DNA of 63,229 nucleotides, the filler included, from Pirum gemmata (taxonomy: Eukaryota), in NCBI GenBank assembly GCA_002812295.1. It is 18 parts of 18 records of this genome, joined end to end, with 100 filler letters (N's around TTAATTAATTAA, not from the genome) between each part and the next. Parts side by side here need not be neighbours in the genome. Positions count along the whole stretch, not along the records: positions 53,151 to 56,444 come from PDIN01002867.1; positions 56,545 to 59,828 come from PDIN01002868.1; positions 59,929 to 63,229 come from PDIN01002869.1; 15 more parts are not named here. One strand, given 5' to 3'. Under the pieces are notes generated by a model. The model did not search any database and was not told the DNA's origin. It worked only from the letters and a program-made list of their open reading frames with translations. Shown here one piece after another: positions 53,376 through 63,208 of the stretch (its first letter is position 1; each line of letters begins with the position of its first letter). A program made the translations under genes and the position numbers.

Positions 53376-53536
53376 AGTAGGGGTGAGATGACGCCATTTT
53401 ATTATTACCGAACAGCTGCCGAAACTTTTCCGATTTTTATGGTTTTTATTACTATTAATGTTAATATTAACGGAACTAAGGTCGGCTCGATAAGCATCTG
53501 TTCGAAAAAAGTTACAGTAGATATCTCACCCCTACT
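53376..53536 (-). mobile_element. MITE family A internally deleted copy, 8-bp TSD CCCTAACC
   Basis: TSD at 53368-53375 and 53537-53544. Confidence 0.9.
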
Positions 53537-53615
53537 CCCTAACCACACCTGGAGCTAACATCAACAGCAAGTCAAGGCTTAGTCACAGGGCTTAGTCAAC
53601 AGCACTCTAACAGCA

Positions 53616-53842
53616 TAGGGGTGATGACGTCATTTTATTATTACCGAACAAATTCCAGAACTTTTCCCATTTTATAGTTTTATTACTATTAATGTTAATA
53701 TTTGTTACTTTAATTGGTATCTATTATAATTATATTTACCATTTTAAGATATTTAACTGCTATTATTAGTAAGAAACACGGAACTAAGGTTGGCTCGATA
53801 AGCATCTGTTCGAAAAAAGTTCCAGTAGATATCTCACCCCTA
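53616..53842 (-). mobile_element. MITE family A older copy, eroded ends
   Basis: Full body homology; ends taggggtga / ctcaccccta; TSD not evident. Confidence 0.85.
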
Positions 53843-54002
53843 ATCTACCACACTGATCTGCCACAGCACTATTATACAGATTAGTATCTATCAGATCTGA
53901 GCATATTGGTGAATATTATTGGCCATAGACTCCCAAATTGAAAAATGGGGAGCTAACTATGATCTGTCACATCCAATGGGAACTTCAGAAAGAGTCAACT
54001 GA

Positions 54003-54232
54003 TAGACTTCTCCAAATTCTACCCGGGCAGAATTTGACCTTTTTCGAGAAATGACAAAATGGTGTTTTTCCTCTCTAACTCGATCAAAAATATAAACTCG
54101 AACCTATGTATTTATTAATAAACGCAAAAAAATTAATTTCGAACAGACCAAACAGACCAGAAATTCTGCTCGGCAGAAATCGAGCTTTTCGGGGCAGAAG
54201 GCAGAAGCAGGGGCAGAATTCGGAGAAGTCTA
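54003..54232 (+). mobile_element. hAT-type MITE family D, 8-bp TSD TCAACTGA
   Basis: TIRs tagacttctccaaattct / agaattcggagaagtcta; TSD at 53995-54002 and 54233-54240. Confidence 0.88.
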
Positions 54233-54513
54233 TCAACTGAATAACTAGGTTTCGACGAAGTCGACGAAGGCAAGGTCATACAACTGAGTGATACACTAGC
54301 TAGCTAGCTAGCTAGCTAGCTAGGGGTGATACAGGGTATTACAGGAGTGATACAAATTACAAATTTGAAAAAATATTTTAAATTTAGAAATAATTACTAC
54401 TTTACACATCATATTTTTAATAAATATTACTATTTTAAGAGACTACATATTTGGCAATTATTCTTTTTTAGGATAAAACGTACCAATAAAGTTCACTCTT
54501 TTGTACAAATAAT

Positions 54514-54674
54514 AGTAGGGGTGAGATATATAATAGCTTAAAATGGTAAATATAATTATAATAGATACCAATTAAATTAATAATATTAACATTAATGGTA
54601 ATAAAAACCATAAAAATCGGAAAAGTTCTGGCAGCTGTTCGGTAATAATAAAATGACGTCACCTCACCCCTACT
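54514..54674 (+). mobile_element. MITE family A internally deleted copy, 8-bp TSD CAAATAAT
   Basis: TSD at 54506-54513 and 54675-54682. Confidence 0.9.
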
Positions 54675-55059
54675 CAAATAATCTAGTGCAAATCATTAAA
54701 TTTTACAATCCCAAACTTGATCCCAAACATGAAGGTTTATTATAATTTTATATATTCATTTATTATTAAATATTCATATTACCCAATACTATTATTGGCT
54801 TTTGTGGTTTGACCAAAACATCTCAGTTTGCCAATTAGACTCCAATTAGCCAGTTTATTCGATACAACATCTACAATTAATAGATTTTTAAAGTAAAAAA
54901 ATGGACAACTAATTCAGAATAATACCTATAAGTTTTTCTATTATTACACTGTGATTTGAATGAGTTTTGTAAGTGCTTTGCTTTTAAGCTTGCAAGTACT
55001 TGTCTTTAGATTTTTATTAATGTGATTGTATTAATAGTGTATCGCAGCTGTACGTATCA

Positions 55060-55830
55060 TATTATTGTGTTTTATTGTATTGCATTGTATTGCATTGTAT
55101 TGCATTAATTGTATTGTAATTGTGTTGTATATTATTGTATTTGTATTTTATTTTATTGCATTGTATTGTACTGTACTGTACTGTATTGTATTGTATTGCA
55201 TTGCATTGTATAAATATCGTATTGTATTGTATTGTATTGTATTGTATTGTATTGTATTGTACTGTATTATATTGTATTGTAATTGTATTATATTATATTA
55301 TATTGTATATTAATATTGTATTAATTAATGTTGTATTACATTGCATTGCATTGTATTGTATTGTATTGTATTGTATTGTATTGTATTGTATTGTATTGCG
55401 TTGTATTGTATTGTGTTGTATTGTATTGTATTATATTGTATTATATTGTATTGTATTGTATTGTATTGTATTGTATTGTATTGTATTGTATTGTATTGTA
55501 TTGTATTGTATTGTATTGTACACGTATTGTATTATACTGCACTGTATTGTATTGTATTGTATTGCATTGTACTTTATTGTATTGTATTGTATTGTATCGT
55601 ATTAATATATTGTATTGTATATTGTATTGTATTGTATGATGCTTGTTTTATTTAAACAGTGCTTGGGATAACGAATTATGTGAAATTAACACAACTAATT
55701 ATGTGAAATTAACACAGCAGTTATTAATAAAGTCATAACTACTTTATAATTATGTATTGTATTGTATTGTATTGTATTGTATAGTATTGTATTGTATTAA
55801 TTATATTAATTATATTGTATTGTATTATAT
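55060..55830. repeat. (ATTGT)n pentamer microsatellite field
   Basis: Direct reading; resumes at 56280-56444. Confidence 0.92.
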
Positions 55831-56662
55831 ATAATTTCATTATTAAAATTTTAAAATATCGATTGATAACAACATTACTAATAAAAGTGGTTTTGTTTTT
55901 GCAGCGTGTAGGGTTAGCTTTTTTCAATGACATTATTTGTGGTGAAAGTCTGTGATAAGTTGTTGAGGAGTTTTTGTGGTATGACATATTAATAACAAAG
56001 TATAAGAACCAAAAGCTGATCAGTTTATTCAGTAAAAAAATTGTAATTGAGAGATTTAGTCAGTATTTTCTTTTTATTATCATACTTTTCTTGTTTTTTC
56101 TTTTCTTCCTTAACCACCTATCCTAACTCTATCTAAAGTTGTCGGCCTAAAACTGGACAAGGTCTGGGGCTGAGTCAAAATCCTCAGCTAAACACTTTGC
56201 TCCTGGTGACTTGACCGAGTTTTTGTAATTGCTTTGCTCAACATTGTAAGTTTTTGTCTTTGGATTTTTATAAAATTTAATGTAATTGTATTGTATTATT
56301 AATATTGTAATGTATTTTATTGTATTTGTATTGTTTTGTTTTGTATTTGTATTAATTTTTTATTTGTATTGTATTGTATTATATTAATATTGTATTGTAC
56401 TGTTTTATATTGTGTTGTATTGTATTGTATTGTATTGTATTGTANNNNNNNNNNNNNNNNNNNNNNNNNNNNNNNNNNNNNNNNNNNNTTAATTAATTAA
56501 NNNNNNNNNNNNNNNNNNNNNNNNNNNNNNNNNNNNNNNNNNNNAAAAAAAAAAAAAAAAAAAAAAAAACACAAAACAAAAAACGAAGCAAAAGAAAAAA
56601 AACAAAACCAAAAACAAAAACAAAAACAAAAACAAAAACAAAAACAAAAATCAAAAAACAAA

Positions 56663-57946
56663 ATGGTTTCATTTGTTTCTTCTATTATAATCTTTACCTT
56701 AGGTATGGTTGTTGATCATTCCACGAAAGTCAATGCCTGTACTGATTTTGTGTTCAAAAACAACCAAGGTAATATTGCTGTTGGCAGAGATTTAGAGTTT
56801 GCCGCAGAGACATTTTCGGATATCAGAACAATACCAAAAGGTGAAATTCAAAGCTCACTCACTAATGTAAATGGAAAAATAATAAATTCCCAGTACCAAT
56901 GGGCTGTTACCCAAGGTTACGCGGGGGTAACTGGCTTTGGTGCTAACATAACACTTGATGGTATGAACGAAGCTGGCTTGACTTGTTCCATTTTGTTATT
57001 ACCTGGGTTTGCGGCCTTTCAATCTTTAGAAAACCAAACCTTAGCAAAAACGGGACAAGTCCTCACGCAACTCAACTTTTGTGATTGGGCTTTATCTCAG
57101 TTTACTAACGTGAAACAAGTCAATGTATCTTTATCCTCCATTACTGTCTGGGGAATTACTCCACCTCAGTTTATTGCTTCGCCTTGGGCTTCTGAACTAT
57201 CACCCGTTATGAGAGAAGAATTTAAATTTTTACCCGCTGACACTTTCGAAGTGCATTTTAGCTTGCATGACGCTATTGGTAATTCTATAGTCATCGAGTA
57301 TACAGCTCAAGAAAACGGTTACGCTGTTCAACCAACCGTTTACAACAATGCCCTAGGAGTCATGACAAATGCCCCCACTTATAACTGGCACGAAATGAAT
57401 ATGAATTTCTACATTGGTCTTTCTGGTCAAACACCTCCTCCAACGCAATTAGGAAAGAATACGTTTAATCCTAATTATAACACTCGCCAAACTTTTGCTG
57501 CTTACGGGTTCCAAGGTAATTTTGCTGGCCTACCCGCGGATTTCAGTTCGCAAAGTCGTTTCACTCGTGTAGCTTTGTGGTTACAAAATGCTTTACCTTC
57601 CAGTAATGCAGTAAACATGGTGGAGCACATACTTAATAGTGTGGATGTATTTAAGGGATCGAATATCGTTAAAACTACTACTACTACTACTACTAACAGT
57701 AAGTCTAATACTAAGGGGCAAAATAATGTTAAAACTCAATATGATAAAAGTCAATGGGCTACTATTCGTGACTTAAACCGAAAAAAGTTTTACTTTCGAT
57801 CTTATCATTCTACCCAATGGAAAGTTATTGATCTTTCTTCTGCTTTAATTGCCCCAGGAGAACCTATTCATAGTATTTCCATTAGTATGCATATTGGTGC
57901 TTATAATGCTACTAAGGATTTGAAACCCAAGACTAATCGATCATAA
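56663..57946 (+). CDS. Secreted choloylglycine hydrolase / penicillin V acylase family Ntn-hydrolase
   Basis: 427-aa intronless ORF; signal peptide ending VNA|C exposes nucleophile Cys26 (CTDF); GRDLEF, DGMNEAGL, VMTNAP.Y.WH, GLPADFSSQSRF motifs. Confidence 0.93.
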   Translation: MVSFVSSIIIFTLGMVVDHSTKVNACTDFVFKNNQGNIAVGRDLEFAAETFSDIRTIPKGEIQSSLTNVNGKIINSQYQWAVTQGYAGVTGFGANITLDGMNEAGLTCSILLLPGFAAFQSLENQTLAKTGQVLTQLNFCDWALSQFTNVKQVNVSLSSITVWGITPPQFIASPWASELSPVMREEFKFLPADTFEVHFSLHDAIGNSIVIEYTAQENGYAVQPTVYNNALGVMTNAPTYNWHEMNMNFYIGLSGQTPPPTQLGKNTFNPNYNTRQTFAAYGFQGNFAGLPADFSSQSRFTRVALWLQNALPSSNAVNMVEHILNSVDVFKGSNIVKTTTTTTTNSKSNTKGQNNVKTQYDKSQWATIRDLNRKKFYFRSYHSTQWKVIDLSSALIAPGEPIHSISISMHIGAYNATKDLKPKTNRS

Positions 57947-58862
57947 GAATGTATGGTCATAATAATTTTTATTAATTAAAAATTAATTAATAAAAAAATA
58001 AAACTTATTAAGACTATATTAATACTATTATTATTATTAATATTAATTTTATTTTGAATATTTTTCAAATGTTACAATTATTACTGTTAATTAATAAGTT
58101 ATATAATTAGACAGCTATTAGACCTCCTCTACATAATTTTTAATTTTTAATTTTTTTTATAAAATTTTAAATTTTAAATCAAAATTAAAATAAATAAAGA
58201 ACCAATATTAAATCTAATTATAACTATCGATATTATGTAATAAATAAATAATTAAAGAGTTTAATTTAAAATATAAATTGAGAAATAGGACTAAAATAGT
58301 ACTAAAATAGGCTATGAAGAGTGGTTCATTTTTTTATGGGTCTTATTATAACAATACCCTAATCAGCTGCAGCACCTAACTAACCCCTAACTAATACTAG
58401 ACTATTAGGTCATTAATTACACACCAACCCTAATCTAATAATAACCCTAACCCAAACCTACCAATAATCTTTACTTACCTACCCCTAACAGCTCCCTAAT
58501 CCTAACCCTAACCCGAACCTTTTCCTTCATTTTCTCTCTCTCTGCTCCATCCACATTCAGTCCACAACGACTCATCACTCCATAACGTTTCCGTGCTTTT
58601 CAGTTATTTTGTCATAATAGAATACGCAGTATAATAATAAATACAAAGTTAATTTAATATTATATCAAATTTATTTGATACAATTTAATTAACTTAGCGT
58701 GTTTAATAATAATTTATATTTCAATTTAAAATAACCACGTTTATAAACTTAAAAGTACCAAATAAATAATATAAGTGACAAAATGAATGAAAAGGAGGTA
58801 GACTAGAGTCCAACTACCGGGTAGACTAACTATGGTATCATAGTAACTACCGTAGAACCACA

Positions 58863-59143
58863 TGGGCGAATTGTTTAATTAATGATTGTAATGTGATCGA
58901 ATATTAATATTAATGCGATGAATCCTACACTTCCGAAACATGTGGATATTGTGGTGTGATTAGACTAATACCAAACTTGCAATTGGTGGTAGCAAAATTT
59001 TTAAATAAGTACTAGTAAACAACCAAAATGTGATCAAAAGTATATTGGAAGTGATCGAGATATTCTCCGGAGATATTCATGTGGTTAGAAAATTTAATAT
59101 TTTATTGCGTTATTTGACACGTAATAATATTGTTTGTACCTAA
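58863..59143 (+). pseudogene. Decayed Fanzor/TnpB (Fanzor2-like) C-terminus: zinc finger plus RuvC-III
   Basis: Removing short insertions gives DCNVIECDESYTSETCGYCGVINTKL(AI)GGSKIFKCKQPKCDQKYIGSDRDIHVVR(KF)NILLRYLTRNNIVCT*, i.e. E.YTS.TC..CG / LGGSK.F.C..C / DRD....RNILLR. Confidence 0.8.
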
Positions 59144-59149
59144 AACAAA

Positions 59150-59256
59150 CATACAAAAAAAGGCTTGGATTACATTTGTAGTTCGAGTTTGCTACGATAG
59201 ACTAGTCTACTTGGAGGCTGGAGCCTGCAGAGCGACGAAATGTTGCAATAAACTTG
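59150..59256 (+). ncRNA. Candidate Fanzor omegaRNA scaffold remnant
   Basis: Immediately 3' of the Fanzor stop; 13-bp G.U-rich hairpin at 59161-59190, AGGC-TGGA-GCCT at 59215-59226, GCGACG-AAA-TGTTGC at 59232-59246. Confidence 0.45.
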
Positions 59257-60245
59257 TTAATTAATTAAATTATGATAATAGACCCTAAATCTGGTGTCTG
59301 TTTAAAATCAAGTCCTGAAAATTTAGAAAAAATGAAAAAGATTTCTTCCATTTCTTATGAAAACTTGTTAATACAACTTTTGATAAGAAATGCAAGCGTA
59401 GAAGAACCACATGAACTTATAATAATAAAATGCATTTTATTTTATTTGGCATGCTCAAAGTAAAGTCTATGAAAATATGATCGTCCCGTTGTCCTCTCAA
59501 TATTTAATTTGGTACCGTTTACCTTATAATTGAACTTGTTAATAAAATACAATATTAAGTATAAAATACCAAATTAACTAAAATGTGTCTGATATATAAT
59601 AATTTGGTAGTCTACGTTAAAAAATGTTTTTTTTATTGGACCCAGATAGACTATATATAGTAAATCAAGGATAATAAAATAAATAATGATCTGTAGACCT
59701 AATAATAGCAGGGGGGGGGTCTAATAAAAAAATAAGGAATTTTTGTTATTTAGGTATTATAAGTATATTATTTATAAGTATATTATTATTTTTTATTTTT
59801 ATTATACTATCATATTATTATTATTATTNNNNNNNNNNNNNNNNNNNNNNNNNNNNNNNNNNNNNNNNNNNNTTAATTAATTAANNNNNNNNNNNNNNNN
59901 NNNNNNNNNNNNNNNNNNNNNNNNNNNNAATAATAATAATAATAATAATAATTATTATTATTATTATTCCGGAAACGTATAAAAGTGCAAATTTTTTTGC
60001 TGTAATCAAAAAAAAATTAAATAATAAAAATAATAATAATTACCTATACAAAATTATAATCAATAATAATATTATCTTAAAAATAAATAAATAAAATATT
60101 AATTAACGAAACGATATAACAAACACAATAAAAACAACAATAGTATAATATTTTAAAAAATTTAAAACAATACTAATAGCGTATTAATAAAATTTAAAAA
60201 ACACTAACAGCGTACTAATAAAATTAATTTATTAATTAAAAAAAT

Positions 60246-61616
60246 ATGAACACATTTTTATTTGCAACCTTAGGAGCCTCCTTGTTAACTAGTCATCAGG
60301 TTTCTGCGTCCACTTTTCAAATTTTTACAAAAGGACAACAATCTTGTACTGCAGCTTGTAGTGCAGCCGGTTCAGTTTGTAATCTTAGTGGACTGTATGA
60401 AATTGCTACTCCGGAAAAATGCCGCGCAGCAATCACAGCTCTAGGAGGAATTACTAAAAAGAGAATTTACGAGTATTTTGATGATGATCATTCTGGTTGT
60501 GCTTACCATCCTCATGGTGGAGGGTGGTACCAAATCTTTTTAAAAGATAAATCTATTTCTTGTGAGCAAGTTAATGGTGACAAAAGTCGACAACGGGTTT
60601 GCGTTTGTGGAACTAGAAGTAGTAGTAATACTGGAACGTTAACTGACAATGATAAAAATGTCAATAATGTTTACAACTTGGTTGACCCGAAACCTTATTG
60701 TCAAAGAATTTCAGGACTTTGTGCTGAGAGTAGTAATAAGGGTTATTACAATAGTGCTGCTACTTCTAATTTACGCGAACGCCAAATGTTTGCAATTCAT
60801 AATATGGCACGTGTGGGTCCCGAATGGTTTCGTGGCTATTATGGTGGTTTCGAATACGGATGCTCTGTCCCTTCCTCAAACACACCCGCAGAATGGGAAT
60901 CCAATCTTAATCAAGCGGCAAAGAAACAAGCACAAATGTGTGCTGATGGTACAAATGGTTGCCAATCTGGACACAGCACTTGTCCTTTTTATGCTAACAA
61001 GTTGTTTGGTGGTAATACTGGGTTTGAACATAGAGTTAAAACCTTCAACACCTATGCCAACGCTGAGATTTTAACCCCTAATGGTTACACTGCTTACCAA
61101 GCCATGAAATTGTGGTTTACTAGTAAAAGTGGACATTGTAATGTAATTTTTAATAGCCCGTACTCTCGTGCAGGTTATGGTCATGTTTACGGTAATGGTA
61201 TGGCCATTGGTAACTTTAATAATAAGCCTCACCAGCACACTACTAATTTTGTCAAAAGTGGTGCGCATTTCAAGAGTGGCAATCTCTTTGGGTATCGGAT
61301 TCCTGCAAATCACGTGCATTTTATGGCCAATTATTATTCCGCAGCGGGGGTTCATGTAAAAACGGCCGAAGTCGTGCTTGATAACATTAGCCATACCTTA
61401 ACCAGACGAACGGGGAATGCACCATGGGTAAATGGTGGGTATAATGCTGATGTAGCCTTAACTACTACCAACGATTGTCCCAAATATTATTTTAAGTTTA
61501 TAGACAAGAAAGAAGTTCAGCATCGTTTACCTCAAACTGGTTACTTTATTATTGATAATGGTGGTAATTGTCAACATGATTTTGAATATCTTGATGGATC
61601 CGTACCAACCATCTAA
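60246..61616 (+). CDS. Secreted protein: Cys-rich N-terminal module, CAP (SCP/PR-1) domain, beta-rich C-terminal domain
   Basis: 456-aa intronless ORF with signal peptide; HNMAR, W..NLNQAA..QAQM, GHSTC, AEIL, MKLWFTS.SGHCNVIF...Y..AGYG fit a CAP fold. Confidence 0.88.
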   Translation: MNTFLFATLGASLLTSHQVSASTFQIFTKGQQSCTAACSAAGSVCNLSGLYEIATPEKCRAAITALGGITKKRIYEYFDDDHSGCAYHPHGGGWYQIFLKDKSISCEQVNGDKSRQRVCVCGTRSSSNTGTLTDNDKNVNNVYNLVDPKPYCQRISGLCAESSNKGYYNSAATSNLRERQMFAIHNMARVGPEWFRGYYGGFEYGCSVPSSNTPAEWESNLNQAAKKQAQMCADGTNGCQSGHSTCPFYANKLFGGNTGFEHRVKTFNTYANAEILTPNGYTAYQAMKLWFTSKSGHCNVIFNSPYSRAGYGHVYGNGMAIGNFNNKPHQHTTNFVKSGAHFKSGNLFGYRIPANHVHFMANYYSAAGVHVKTAEVVLDNISHTLTRRTGNAPWVNGGYNADVALTTTNDCPKYYFKFIDKKEVQHRLPQTGYFIIDNGGNCQHDFEYLDGSVPTI

Positions 61617-61922
61617 ATCTTATACGTTTTAGAATTTTGTTAAAAAGTTTTAAAAACGTAAATAAAATTTTTTGTAATTTAATTAAATTTTGTTTAGTTC
61701 GTTTTTCTTTTTCCTTTTTATTCTTTTGTTTTGAATCTATATCTCTATCTATCTGAGATTATCCCTATCTCTTTCTTTTAAAATCTATAAAATTTTAAAG
61801 TAATTTAATATAACATTTTGTGGGAATTTATTATATTTATTAATAAAATAGTGTTTCATATTATTGTTATTGATATGACTTATGACTTATTACTTATTAT
61901 TACTGTGGTATTATTATTAATC

Positions 61923-61955
<33 letters not shown>

Positions 61956-61963
61956 GCCCTTAC

Positions 61964-63208
61964 TTTGCCTGTAGAAAATAACTCTTCATCCCCTGGAAAA
62001 GCACCCACATCATTGCCAAATTTCATCTCCGCCAAAGTTTGCGCAGAAATAAAATCTCGCACCCCTTTCATTTGCAACGCTTTAGACGGATCAATTTTCG
62101 TTATCGTACCCCTTGCAATGGTCGAATTAACGCAGTAGGCAACTAAACAATTGGAAAGTTCGCGTAAGGCAACATCATCAGAGTACTCTGCTTCGCCTGT
62201 GGTTTGAATGTAGGCTCCCAGTTTAGTTACAGGCAATGAAACAGGCTCTAAAGTCGGATCTGCATCTGAGTATTGGTGATGGCCTAATTTTTTAATCAAT
62301 ATATATTAATTAAGGTCAAAAACATATGTCAAAAAGGTCAAGGTTAAAAAGGCCATGTCCAATAAAGGACAAGGTCATTGACAATAAAGGCAAAGGTTAA
62401 TTAGGGCCAAGGTTAATAAAGGTTAAAAACAAGGTCAATGTCGATAAAAGAATAGGTCAATAAAGGTCAAGGTCAAGGTCAATAAAGGCCAGGACAATAA
62501 ATATCAAGATCAAGCTCAAAAAAGCTCAGTTAAAAAAGGGTCAAAAAGATCAAACAAGTATAAGGTCAAGGGTTAAAACTGCCAAGGTTAATAGAAGCCC
62601 AAAATCAATAGAAAGGCCAAAGTCAATGGAAGGCCAAGTTATGGTACAAGGACAAGAACAAGAACAAGACAAGGTTAAGGTTAAGGTCAAGGTTAAGATT
62701 AAGGTCAAGGTTAAGGTTAAGGTTAAGGTCAATATCAAGGTTAATGTCAAGGTTAAGGTTAATGTCAAGGTCAAATTTTGCACAGGGACAAGGCCAAGGA
62801 CACGTTTAAGGTTAAGGTTAAGGTTAAGGTCAAGGTAAATGTTAAGATTAAGGTTAAGGTTAAGGTTAAGGTTAAGGTTAAGGTTAAGGTTAAGGTTAAG
62901 GCTCATAAGTGAATAGCCATTGAATCAATAAAACAAAACAAAACAAAACAAAACAAAACAAAACATAAATAAAAATAAAATAAACTAAATTTAACTAAAC
63001 TAAATTAAATTAAAAACTAAAAATAGATAAATAAAAAAACCTTTAGATATTGGTCGTTCATAGTGAGTAGCTGCAGAAAGCAAACTATCAGGCAAAGATT
63101 TTTGTAAACTTAAAATATATTTATAAAGAAATGAAAAACAAAGATTGCATTGATAAGAAGTAATGTTTTCAATTACATCCAAATCTTCCTTTAAGCATTG
63201 TAATGCAC
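61964..63208 (-). CDS. XDH: Xanthine dehydrogenase / aldehyde oxidase internal exons 63208-63041 and 62283-61964
   Basis: Phase-1 splice: ALQCLKEDL...YQCNLCFSFLYKY...ERPISKG|HHQY...PVSLPVTKLGAYIQTTGEAEYSDDV...VNSTIARGTITKIDPSKALQMKGVRDFISA...DEELFSTGK|GTAAGG (end of FAD domain and hammerhead domain). Confidence 0.92.
62310..62902. repeat. (AAGGTT/AAGGTC)n hexamer array in XDH intron
   Basis: Direct reading. Confidence 0.85.

Noticed and set aside
55900..56250. GC-richer islands with AG/GT borders between ATTGT arrays
   Set aside because: Stops in all frames tested for the larger island; no recognisable product
25117..61616. Lyase, GLUT transporter, acylase, astacin and CAP genes as one functional or HGT cluster
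   Set aside because: Each is on a different contig separated by artificial linkers
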